This document shows positions 12,927-25,497 of a stretch of DNA of 64,000 bases, one piece after another. The notes beneath the pieces were generated by a model. That model did no database searches. It was not told the origin of the DNA and worked only from the letters and a program-made list of their open reading frames with translations. Origin of the DNA: Octopus sinensis (lineage: Eukaryota); the NCBI RefSeq assembly GCF_006345805.1, contig NC_043002.1, forward strand, positions 17,174,001 to 17,238,000, given 5' to 3'. How positions within the stretch are numbered: the first letter of the stretch is position 1; each line of letters opens with the position of its first letter. The translations under genes and the position numbers were made by a program.

Positions 12927-12929
12927 AGA

Positions 12930-14222
12930 AAATAGTAAAGTGTGAAAAAACGACAGAAGGCTTAAATGTTAAAAATATATATATTTGTGTCAAAATGTCT
13001 GGAGAATATTGGAAAAATTTTTTTTCCTTTCCTTAAGATGACGTTAATTTTAAAAATTTTTAAGAAATTACCGGTTTCGCGTGTAGCTTTTCAATTTCTT
13101 GTGACGTTATGTTTATATTGCATGGAATTATCGTTGTTTTTATTTCCAGGAGATTTCTAAATAAGGGGAGGTAGTGAGTGATTTTTTCCGGTGTAGGGGA
13201 GATAATCGCTTAAAATTTTTTTTGCCTTTTCCTTGTTAATTTCTCTGTGTCAGTATGTTCGGATGGTTGAGTCTGGTTTGTACTTTTCAATGAAGAATGT
13301 TTCCTTGTTCAGTCTCATTTGTGTTGATGATCCGAAAGCACATTGGTAAAATGGGAAGATTAAAAATTGTGGCAGTAGTTGCTTTGCGCATTTCTCAATG
13401 TGCTCACTAAAAGGTATCATTCTATATTCTGGGAATGCAATCTGTTGTCGATGCAGTGTGCATCTGCGCCTGAGTGATAGTCCCGTGGAACCCACGTAGT
13501 TTTGGTGGCAGCCCGAGCATTTAATAACATAAATTATGTTTTCAGAGGCACAAGTAAAGTTAGATTTGATCTTAAATTTCTGTCCCTCTTTAAAGAAGAA
13601 TTCTGATCCTTCCAATAGGTTAGGACATGTTGCACAGTTCGATCTACCACATTTTTTACTTTTGCATCCGTAATTTTAGAAGACATTTTGCCTTTGTGAG
13701 AATCTTTTTAAGTGATTTAGGCTGTTTTGTAGCTTTTAATGATTTGGTGTATGTTTAGAATTTCCTTTAATTTTGGGTTTTTATGAAGTATTGGTAAATT
13801 CTGGGTGATGATGGTGAAGGCTTCTTTGTTTTTCTGGGGTTGTATGTAGATATGTAAGGTAGTATTTTCGGGGAAGTGTGTTGTTGTGTTGAACTTTTCT
13901 TAAAGTTTCTATTTGATTTCTGTTGCACGTCTGATCCCATCCTCTATGAGTTGAGCTGGGTAATGTCTGTCAATTAGGGTGTTTTTGAGTTCTTGCAGTC
14001 TAAAGTTCCTGGTATTTTGTTCTGACACTATTGTGCATATCCTTCTTGCAAGGTTGAAGGGGATGTTTGTTTTAGTGTGTCTTGGGTGGCATGATTAAAA
14101 AGAAGGTATTGTTTGGCGTCTGTGGCTTTGTAAAAAATGTCTGTTTCTATTTTAAGGTTAATTTTTTTAATTAGTATATCCAAGAACGGGAGCTCCTTTT
14201 GGTGTATTCCATTTATCTTATC
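12930..14222 (-). mobile_element. 5'-truncated Penelope-like element: RT thumb, linker, GIY-YIG endonuclease, 3' repeat
   Basis: KELPFLDILIK..ETDIFYKATDAKQYL, then (frameshifted) HPRHTKTNIPFNLARRICTIVSE, CGRSNCATC, and ORF 13250-13615 NIIYVIKCSGCHQNYVGSTG..LRRRCTLH..ETFFIEKYKP; several frameshifts; both ends abut (TA)n. Confidence 0.9.
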
Positions 14223-14690
<468 letters not shown>

Positions 14691-15370
14691 ATTTAACCAG
14701 ACACTGAAATTAATCATACAGTGACAGATTCAGGTAAGTGAATGATTAATTCCAGCTTGTTACATGCTTAATCGGTCAAGTTATACGCACTCGTTTACAC
14801 TTACAAACTTAAATGCATACTACTTATATGCATAAATGTTTCTGTATATGTGTATGTGTATGCGTATCCTTATAAATTACTTACCTCCACAGAAATACTC
14901 ATTTTATACTGCAATCAACCACGATATTAGCAAATAATATTTCTGCTTTCGAAGACAATGTTCAATTTGCATATAATTGCATAAACTATAAGATTCTACA
15001 TTGAATTCTTGAATTTTCTCTCGATGTAACGTGTTTTGACTTCTTTTTCTTGTTACTCTGTAATTAATAACGTAATATTCGTTCTTGTACTGAATCATCT
15101 TGGCAAAACCACTTCTTCCAAAATTAGACAATATTTGCTGAATCAATACGGTTATTATTTTACAAAATATATTTATGATCAAGTATAGCGTTCTTTTACA
15201 TAAAACGTTAACTCATCATAAAGAATGGGATAAGAATCCTTATGATAATGAAAATGATCATCATGATCATGATAACAATCATCATACCAACAATTTCGTT
15301 AACAGTTCTAATGTTGTAAACGTCATTCATTACCAGTTATCAAAAGTATCATTAACGTCGTATTATCATA

Positions 15371-15583
15371 TTCTCTTACTTGTTTCACTCATTTGACTGT
15401 GGCGATGCTAGAGCACCGCCTTATTTGAGCAAATCGACACCAGGACTTATTTGTCTGTAATCCTATTACTTATTCCATCGTCTCTTTTATCACATCGCTA
15501 GGTTACGGAGACGTAAACACACCAGCATCAGTTGTCAAGCGATGTTGGGGTGACACGCTCAGGCACACAAACATATACACATA

Positions 15584-15631
<48 letters not shown>

Positions 15632-15793
15632 TATGACGGGCTTCTTTCAGTTTCCGTCTACCAAATCCACTCAGAAGGCTTTAGTCGGTTCGATGCTATT
15701 GTAGACGACACTTACCCAAAGTGCCACGCAGCAGAACTCAATCCGGAACCATGCGGTTGGTAAGCAAGCTACTTACCACACAGCCACTCCTGC
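15371..15793 (-). mobile_element. SINE family C, older copy
   Basis: Reverse complement aligns along 4087-4494 with many substitutions. Confidence 0.85.
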
Positions 15794-15869
15794 ACTGTTG
15801 TTAAGAAAAGTGGAACATTTAAATAGTAAGACACGTTACCAGAATGAGAGATTAACCATACTGACAATG

Positions 15870-16812
15870 CATACTTGTACCTTTATATTTACAGCAAAAA
15901 CCGTGTGAAAAAAAAGGCCAGAAATGCGCCATTTGTTTTCTGATGGCCACTGCCTGATGGTTTTCGTTTGTTACTGAAATATTTATATCATTTACCACAG
16001 TACATTCATAGGAACTACTTCCGTGAATATCTGCATTAAAATGCGATCATTAAAGTGTGATCATTTCAGTTAATAATGCCGCAATTGATATATGGGGTTT
16101 ATTATGTTTCGGGTAATTACATTAAAATTGATGTTTCAATCAAAATTTTACCTATCACAGTGAGAATTGAATTTATCGTTGCATGCCGTTCCCTTCGCAA
16201 ACAAGTGTTATCCCAAATCACGGACAATATCCACCAATGACCTCTGCAAACATAGTACTTGGCAAAAAGCATAAATAGTTATGACAGAGAATTTCAGACA
16301 GTTTTAACACCCAATGTCATACACCAAAGTCCGTAAAGCATCCAAATAATAGTGACAATTGTTGTACATCAAGGAATTCCATGATGAATCTGCTTCCAAA
16401 GGGATGAGCTTGAGAACGCTCGATCGAAATACTGAAACATGTAACTATTGTACCGCGTAAACCATCCGAGTCTTCCTTGTCGAAATACCTCTAATAATCA
16501 AACGATCTGACAGCTTCTCTTGCGACAAGTACGCATTTATAAGCATGAGAGTCTGATGGAAGTGTATACCACATGCAATTTATTTATATTACTCTTTACT
16601 CTCTTTACTCTTTTACTTGTTTCAGTCATTTGACTGTGGCCATGCTGGAGCACCGCCTTTAGTCGAGCAAATCGACCCCGAAACTTATTCTTTGTAAGCC
16701 TAGTACTTATTCTATCGGTCTCTTTTGCCGAACCGCTAAGTGACGGGGACGTAAACACACCAGCATCAGTTGTCAAGCAATGCTAGGGGTACAAACACAG
16801 ACACACAAACAT

Positions 16813-16845
<33 letters not shown>

Positions 16846-17962
16846 CATATATACGACGGGCTTCTTTCAGTTTCCGTCTACCAAATCCACTCACAAGGCA
16901 TTGGTCGGCCCGAGGCTATAGTAGAAGACACATGCCCAAAATGCCACGCAGTGGGACTGAACCCGGAACCATGTGGTTGGTAAGCAAGCTACTTACCACA
17001 CAGCCACTCCTGTGCCTATATGGTGAAGTTAACGGATTTTAAGAATTGTTCTTCTGTGGTTTAATGTTCTCGACGGCGACACTCGCTGGCAGAAGTGGAA
17101 AGTTATCCCTATGAAAAAACCTCTTATACATGTGTGTGTGTGAATATGTGTGTGCGTGCGTGTGTGTGAGCGCGTGCGCTTGTGAGTGTATGTTTGTATT
17201 TGAGTGCGCGTGTCCTTTTTTGTGTGTGACTGCGGCTTAAGTTTTGGAATTAATGCCCTACGAATTTCTATTCTAGCAAACGTATTGCTATAAAGGCATA
17301 CTAAGTAACAAATGCTAAAATAAACCTGGGAACTGTAGGTCACATGTTTCGCCAGCAACAGATATAAATCTGCCACTCACTCATCATTATAATCTGCTTT
17401 ATATCTATGTAAACAGAATCGATTAAACTAAAACTACTTAATACTTATGTCTTATACGTTGTGTAATCTCTAATATGGAAATACATAACAATATGATCAT
17501 TAGAGTCTTGCAGTATATTGGGTGTTAAAACTGTCTGAAATTCTCTGTCATAACTATTTATGCTTTTTGCCAAGTACTATATTTGCAGAGGTCATTGGTG
17601 GACATTGTCCGTGATTTGGGATAACACTTGTTTGCGAAGGGAACGGCATGCAATGATAAATTCAATTCTAACTGTGATAGGTAAAATTTTGATTGAAACA
17701 TCAATTTTAATGTAATTACCCGAAACATTGTAAACCCAATATATCAATCGCGGTATTATTAACTGAAATTATCACACTTTAATTATCGCATTTTAATGCA
17801 GATATTCACGGAAGTAGTTCCTATGAATGTACTGTGGTAAATGATATAAATATTTCAGTAACAAACGAAAACCATCAAGCAGTGACCGCCAGAAAACAAA
17901 TGGCGCATTTCTGGCCTTTTTTTTCACACGGTTTTTACTGCAAATATACAGGTACAAGTATG
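15870..17962. repeat. 446-bp inverted repeat pair (15870-16315 / 17517-17962) with 1.2-kb spacer
   Basis: Arms are collinear reverse complements, both 446 bp, with scattered mostly transition differences. Confidence 0.95.
16591..17017 (-). mobile_element. SINE family C, full length, young
   Basis: Reverse complement nearly identical to 4087-4494. Confidence 0.9.
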
Positions 17963-18713
17963 TTAGGGACTGTGCGATATCTGTATTGTATATTTACAGA
18001 ACATGATATAACAAAATTCGTATTTACTTCCGTAAGATTTTCTTTCTCCTGTATCGTTCATATTCTACATAAACTATTCAATAAATATATTTGTAGGTAG
18101 CATTCATTAATAATAGACGTCCAGCCAGTTGAAGGTGCCCCACCTCGGCGAAAAATCCTAGTTTTGCTACTGTTCCAGTTATAAGTTCCGAAAGAGGTGA
18201 TATTTTAGGAACTACGTTTGATTTACTTTTCTCCAAGAATAACACATAGAAACAACAGTCCGATAATCGATCCCCTTCGTCTTACTAATTCCCTCTATTT
18301 TGTATTTAATCCTAAATTTTCCAATAGATTTTGTGTCACATCCTTATTGTATCCGACCGTGGTTAATTTCCTATGTATCCGACATAATTTGTTCTTTTGC
18401 TCTGTTTCATTAGAAAGAGCTGCATTGCCTTCCGTCAAGATAGCTTAAAATAGTTTATAATTTTATTAAATTATGATAGCCGAACAAAAAGAACATGAAT
18501 TTTCAAGTAAAAAAAAGGCAAACATCCATTGGGCTTTGAGGTCGACTAAATTAGAAATGTTTTCAATGTTACATTAGATGGAATATCTCAACTTCTCCCG
18601 TAGGTGTTAATGTATAAACAGACACAGAACCACACACACAACAATGCATATGTGTGTGATTTTGTGAGTGTGTATGTGTGTGTGCATTTATATAAACATT
18701 CATATATACATAC

Positions 18714-18764
<51 letters not shown>

Positions 18765-18770
18765 CACACA

Positions 18771-18809
<39 letters not shown>

Positions 18810-18834
18810 TATATACATATATATGTATATATAC

Positions 18835-18894
<60 letters not shown>

Positions 18895-19455
18895 GTACAT
18901 GTTTCTTCCTGTGCGCGTGTCTGTGTATGTAAAATAGACACCATTAAATTTAGCGCAACTAGTGTTATATGAAAGGAAGACAGTTCATTGAACCACTTTA
19001 ATTACGGGCAATATTCATGTTATAAGATATTAAATCGCAAACTTGTAAAAGTTGGCAAGAAAATAATGATGTATTTTCTGGACTTCTGGTAAGTTGTTAA
19101 GTAACTTGTTTTAAAGGCGCCAATAAGGCAATATTATATAGCTTATATTTGATTAAAAACCTATATTAAATTATGGTGTCTCCGTATAGATTGACGTTTA
19201 TTGTCATATTTGTAATTTACATCTCTGGTTTTGAAGTAAAACAGAAAGAGTCCATTTTGTTTTTTGTTTTTGTTTTGTTTTGTTTTTTCATTCCTCATCG
19301 AATACATTAGCGCACAAATGCATATACAACCACATATATAGACATACAAATGTACATATCCAAATAAATATTAATTTCGTTTTATTTTTTGTGAACATGT
19401 TGAAACACGACTACACATGTATATAGCATATATAAATGTATATATTTATATATAT

Positions 19456-19515
<60 letters not shown>

Positions 19516-19739
19516 GTGTTTGTATATATGCATATATGTGTGAGTATGTATATATGCATGTATGCATATTTATATATACTGCATATATGTGTTTATTTAC
19601 ATATAAGAATATATGTGTTTTAGAATATCTTCAGTCTAAAAGAATCGGCATACACAGAAACATACAAAATACACACGCACATAAACACATGTATATATAA
19701 ATGTATATAATACATATACATACATATATATATATATAT

Positions 19740-19793
<54 letters not shown>

Positions 19794-20518
19794 GTATTGC
19801 ATGTATATTGGTGCGTATATACGTATGTAAATGCAGTGTTTTATAATCATTATAAATGAAGTTTGCATTCAAATGTCATGTATTTACTTTATTTGTTGTA
19901 TTTACGAATTTTATGTATTTACTTTGTTTGGTTTGCGTTTCTTTATCCCTCCCGGCCGTTTCTGGTAACGTTTCTACATGCAATTCACACTTTCAAGTTT
20001 TTCACCGTCATCTCTGCTGTTGAAATTTCTATTGGAGCTCAATGTTCATTTAGTGAAGTCTGATTTTATATAGTTATATACATCATGCATCTTCTGTTAA
20101 TGTCAATTCTTTCAAACTGTTATACATCTTCTCCGTTTTGGTCCGTCTACATGTGTGATAGGAACGCAGGATGTTGCTTTCTAAGATGTTCCTGTCTAGT
20201 TGCTAGTGTGTTATGTTTATGACTTCTTTTGAGATTATTCACTATTGATATACTTTTGCCGTAGTTGGATCCCAATTCAATATATTTATGATATTCTACT
20301 AATGGACAGGTAATCATAACTACTTCATGAAATACATAATTTTAAAATAAATATTTAGTTGATTAACATTTAGATTGCTATTTCTAGCATTTTGATTTTT
20401 ACCAAGCCTTTTGTTGCTAAATTTTGTAAGGACATAATGAAATACTGAGGAATCATTTTTATTTGTTTGGCGCATGAAGCAAACGTAACGGATGAAATTT
20501 ACATATTTCAGTTTTGCA

Positions 20519-20830
20519 ATGGCCCAGTAGTTAGGCCAGCGGACTCGCGGTCGGACGATCGCGGTTTCGATTCCCAGACCGGGGCGTTGTGTGTGTTTAT
20601 TGAACGAAAACACCTAAAAGCCCCACGAGGCTCCGCCAGGGGGCGGTGGCGAACCCTGTTGTACTCTTTCGCCCCAACTTTCTCTCACTCTTTCTTCCTG
20701 TTTCTTGAGTAACGCTGCGATGGACTGGCGTCCCGTCCAGCTGGGAGGGGGGAACATATACGCGATAGAAACCGAGAAACTGGGCCCATGAGCCTGGCTA
20801 GGATTGAAAATGGCGATTAAATAAATAAAA
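20519..20830 (+). mobile_element. tRNA-derived SINE (head A + body Y)
   Basis: First ~180 bp match 3540-3720, then a different body (GCGATGGACTGGCGTCCCGTCCAG) and an A-rich tail. Confidence 0.85.
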
Positions 20831-21299
20831 AAAACATATCATTTGCATTTATAATTGGAATGTTACCGCTCTACTAAAATAATTAACCGTTCTGGGACTT
20901 TGTGCCTCTTCAAAAAGAAAGCGATATAAAACGACCAGTCACGATCGTTCTTGTTGGTAACAAGTTTTCTCTATCGATCTACACCATGCCACTTTATTGG
21001 AAAGTTAAACAGGTTAATACGCTTCTATATTTATTGACTCTGAAAATTGTGAGTGTAATAATATTTATGTTTGGACATATGTCTAAATAACAATATCAAT
21101 CGGATATTTTTTTTTTTTGAAATGGATGTTCAAGAAGTGATTAAATATTAAAAGGTGAATTAGGGATTCGAAGATGAATACAAACAGAAAATGAAATTAA
21201 TGTTTTTAATCACTAATGGAAAAGCTGCAGCAAGAACTTCGCTTTAAACTCAAGAATCTTCCAGATTTGTGTAACCAAAATTCATTTCACAAATCTTAA

Positions 21300-21638
21300 A
21301 AAGACCCCCTTCGGTCATGAATGACCATGGGATTGCACCTAGAAAGTTACCCTCCTAGAGACAAGTCCGGGAAAGGTTGTTTATGGAAGACCAGCAGTCG
21401 CCCATGCATACCAGCCTCCCCTCTCCACGCCACCAGTGTTATCCAAGGGAAAGACAAAGGTCGATACAGCTTGGCACCAGTGACGTCGCAACTCATTTCT
21501 ACAGCTGAGTGAACTGGAGCAACGTGAAATAAAGTGCCTTGTTCAAGAACACAACACGCAGCCCGGTCCGGGATTCGAGCTCACAACCTCACGATCGTAA
21601 GCTCGACGCTCTAACCACTGAGCCATGCGCCTTCACCA
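21300..21638 (-). mobile_element. tRNA-derived SINE (head B + body Z), full length
   Basis: Minus strand TGGTGAAGGCGCATGGCTCAGTGGTTAGAGC (A box) ...GAGCTCGAATCCC (B box) ... CATGACCGAAGGGGGTC end; 3' part matches 3840-4018. Confidence 0.9.
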
Positions 21639-21711
21639 GCCGAAATAGCTCAGTTGGGAGAGCGTTAGACTGAAGATCTAAAGGTCCCTGGTTCAATCCC
21701 GGGTTTCGGCA
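21639..21711 (+). tRNA. tRNA-Phe: tRNA-Phe (GAA), 73 nt, intact cloverleaf, no intron
   Basis: GCCGAAATAGCTCAGTTGGGAGAGCGTTAGACTGAAGATCTAAAGGTCCCTGGTTCAATCCCGGGTTTCGGCA: acceptor stem GCCGAAA/TTTCGGC, anticodon GAA at 21672-21674, intact A and B boxes; no oligo-T terminator nearby. Confidence 0.97.
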
Positions 21712-22069
21712 TCCGGTGGCTGGTCTGCACAAATCTTAAGCTGGTCATATAATAAGGTGACCAGACATACGTAATTTTCTCATGACAGCTATTGAAATTT
21801 TCACTTCCTTATATCATGAACAGGAATGTTTGACATTTCAAAAATAAATTTAAAAAAAAAAAAAAAAAATAAAAAAAAATTAATAATAATAATAATAATA
21901 ATAATACATCTATCCATGAATTTATTTATTTATCAATTTTTAAATACATATTTTACCTGTGAATTTGCGCGTGTAATCTGGGAATGCATACAATGCCCTT
22001 CTCTGCCCTAGGTGTATGGAAAACACTCGGCGAGAAACGGAAGAAAATTTGAAGAAAGAAGGAAAAAAC

Positions 22070-22102
<33 letters not shown>

Positions 22103-23488
22103 TCACACACACACACACACACATTTATATATTCTATTCGCTCAATCAATTCAATCTTCTTACGAATATTCTCAAAGACATTATTCCATCTTCTACATTC
22201 TTATTTTTAAAATCCAATGCAACATTTTTGCATTGTTGCCAGTTGTTTTATTGTACATAGACATTCATTAGGCTTCGTAACTTCGTTGGAGTTGGCATGT
22301 TTTTACTGATATATAAGTTTATTTGAATACTATTCTCTCATTGTAGTATTAAGTTTTCATTCTCAGTGACAGTACAAAAGAAATATTCTCAGTAATCGGT
22401 TGCATATCAGATGATATCTCATAGCGTTTTAATGTCTATGTTCACTTGTTTTTATTCGGATATAAGTGGATTTAAAGGACAATAAATTTTTATTTTGAAA
22501 AGCAATTACATACTACTTCAGCAGTTCTTAGGTTTTCTTTAGAGAATGGTTTGGCTATTGTTTAGTCAGTAAGATTTATTTGAAATAACTTCGCTCTGTT
22601 CATATAATTAAGAATTCTTGTTTAGTCAAAACAAACATACATGTAATGACATGCATATTTCTTCCTAAACCACATAGCATTTTGCCTGCGTCGTTGAGTA
22701 TTAAACATTGAGTTTTATAGCAAAATCTTTTTGAGCCATATTTTACTCTGTGATTTTAACGAACTGTTATAAACAGCTTTTGCCTGGTTAGTTTAGATAG
22801 TTATGCTATAAAGCTCCCGTATTACTATACTGTGGATCTTAAGTAAATCTATCCATTTAAAATTTCCATGGCGTGAAAATAAAAATCACTGCTATTAATT
22901 AAAACAGTTCAAAAAAACAAAAAACAATAACGTCTGTACTGTATGATTGCGAAAGATTACTCAGCGAATATATCAAGGATTGGAATCGTAATTCTAACGA
23001 TAATAAACAAAACGATATCATCTGAAGCAATATTAATTACTATAATCAACTACATATTTTGAACCGAAATTGCAGATTGTGTACTTTCCAATTTTTGATA
23101 AAGGATATGATCTGTATAATTCAATACTAGTCACATTACTTCCTTTCACTGCATACACGGAAAAACAATGTGCGTATTTGTTACAGGCACATATGTATTT
23201 TGCGTCGTTCTTTTGCATTGTGATTAATATATTCAAAATAAGTAATAAGTTTTCAGATTATGAAAGTGTTATTTCTGATGAGCTCTATATATGTCTTGCT
23301 GGTTGACAATTGAACTCTCTTATAAAGAATCTGTTGGCAGCTATATTTTTCATAATGCCTTTACTTTCTATACTAATTTGATGATTATATGCATTCACTG
23401 GCTCGAATTTTGGAATCGTTTGTTTCAATTTTATCAGTTGCTTTGTCACAAAAATATGACGGTTTAACTTCCCACTTCTCCCACCCTT

Positions 23489-23535
<47 letters not shown>

Positions 23536-24560
23536 GCTCGCTCTCTCTCTCTCTCCTCTCTCTCCTCTCTCTCTTTTCTATCTCTCTCTCTCTCCTCTCT
23601 TGTGATGTATATTAGTATTTTTTCCGGTGTGGTGTATGTATAAATATATATGTATATATATATATATATGCATGTATGTATGTATGTATGTATATGTATA
23701 CACGCGCACTCATATATATTCATATGCATATAAATGTAAGTATATATATATATATATATATATATGACTGTGTTTGCGTGTGTCTGTGTGTAAATTTAAT
23801 ATGCCCTACTTGAATTCATAGAACTTTGTGGCAATCACAAACAGCTCCTGTAGTAGATACGCCACATATCACATAATAATACACTGCAGAGGAGTGTAAT
23901 ATCAGTAAGTTGACGGCTATTTCGTAGTAAATATTCTTCATGTCAACAAGGGAAGATCAGCAGTACACATGATATCATCCACGTTTCGGCCATTGATTTA
24001 TTCTATATCCTCCACTTCACTTACTCTCTAACGGGTGAGTACTTCGTTGCAATGCCGTATCAGTACCTACAATACCGCCGTTTTCGATTGTCTGTGCTGA
24101 ACTGAATTAGACTACCTCTCCAGATGTAAAAATCTTCCACACACCTTGTCACCTCAAGTATGAATTCACCGCTCAGTACCAAATACTCATTGATTCTACG
24201 CTCTGCAACTCTACTAAACCATGTGGGTTGTTAGTTCTGTATCTTAGAACACATGTCGTATTCTCGAGTTTCAGCTGACCCGATTTCAATCAAAACGTGA
24301 CGCCAAAATATTTAATGGTAAAAGTAAACCAGTGCAATATATTTTGTATTAATGCATACAATTTAGCGAATGTGTTACGTACACTAACGAATAACAAAGC
24401 TCGTAGAAATTATCGTGATTATATAATTCCATAATCTTCTACACAAAAACCTCCTAAGCAGACTGAATTCAGATATGAATAGTATTTGGGAACTTGTATT
24501 AAGGAAGGATAGGAAAATATTAGATTTATAAGCTCTAAAATTCACACCATAATTGCCCAC

Positions 24561-24832
24561 GGGCAAATGCCGTAGTGGTTAAGAGCGCGGACAACTAACT
24601 CCAACATTCAGAGTTTGATTCCAAGCAGTGACATGAATAATAATAAAAATAATGATAATAATAACATCGAAAAATACCTTAGGGATGTGAATCTAGGTTC
24701 GAAATTTCCCCGAGACACATGATGAAGCGGGGAGATTATAACAGTCGAAACGTTGTGTTAACAACAAACAAGATGAGGACAAATATATGTCAAATGTACA
24801 TAATTCCTCATGTCTTAAATATAGAACTATAT
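24561..24832 (+). mobile_element. SINE with tRNA-like head, (AAT)n linker and hammerhead-bearing 3' module
   Basis: A box TGCCGTAGTGGTTAAGAGC, B box GAGTTTGATTCC, AAT tract, then GACAC-aTGATGA-A...GAAACGT-T-GTGTT; same architecture at 50731-50945 and, split, at 49215-50720. Confidence 0.75.
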
Positions 24833-24834
24833 AT

Positions 24835-24961
24835 TCTTTTACTTGTTTCAGTCATTTGAATGCGGCCATGCTGGAGCACCGAATTCAGTCGAACAAATTG
24901 ACCCCAGTACTTATTATTTGTAAACCTAGTAATTATTCTATCTGGTTCTTTTGTTGAACCG
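24835..24961 (-). mobile_element. SINE family C 3' fragment
   Basis: Matches the reverse complement of the 3' ~130 bp of 4087-4494. Confidence 0.8.
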
Positions 24962-25305
24962 CATGGAATACATTGAATATTTTGAAAGTTTGGCTTTAGG
25001 ATCAACACCATTAAAACCTACACTTTGGTTACGATATGTTGACGACACCTTTATACTCTGGCCCCACCAAGAAGATATTCAAGTGCTGTTAGATCATGTG
25101 AATTTCAATAAAGCCATCCATACAGTTCACAATGGAAAATGAAAAAGTAAATCAGCTGGCATTCCTGGACATATTAATAAAACGCACCGAGTATGGATTC
25201 AGGACATCCGTACACTGCAAGCCATCCTATACTGGACAATAGCTCAACTTCAATTCCTACCATCCATACAGTGTAAATAGAGGGATTGCTCAGTACCTAA
25301 AACAT
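24962..25305 (+). pseudogene. Penelope-like reverse transcriptase fragment (YVDD region)
   Basis: MEYFESLALGSTPLKPTLWLRYVDDTFILWPH, then after a frameshift SIQFTMENEKVNQLAFLDILIKRT..FNSYHPYSV; one stop codon. Confidence 0.85.
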
Positions 25306-25395
25306 GAGAAACCAAGTTCGAAATTTTTCCAATACACCTGAAGTAGGTAGGAGGGTATATCAGCCGAAACGTCGAATGTAATTAATGTAAATACA
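25303..25395 (+). mobile_element. Hammerhead-bearing 3' module fragment fused to the PLE RT piece
   Basis: GAGAAACCAAGTTCGAAATTTTTCCAATACACCTGAAG..GGAGGGTATATCAGCCGAAACGTC aligns with 24685-24760 and 50840-50890. Confidence 0.7.
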
Positions 25396-25406
25396 CACAC
25401 ACACAC

Positions 25407-25495
<89 letters not shown>

Positions 25496-25497
<2 letters not shown>

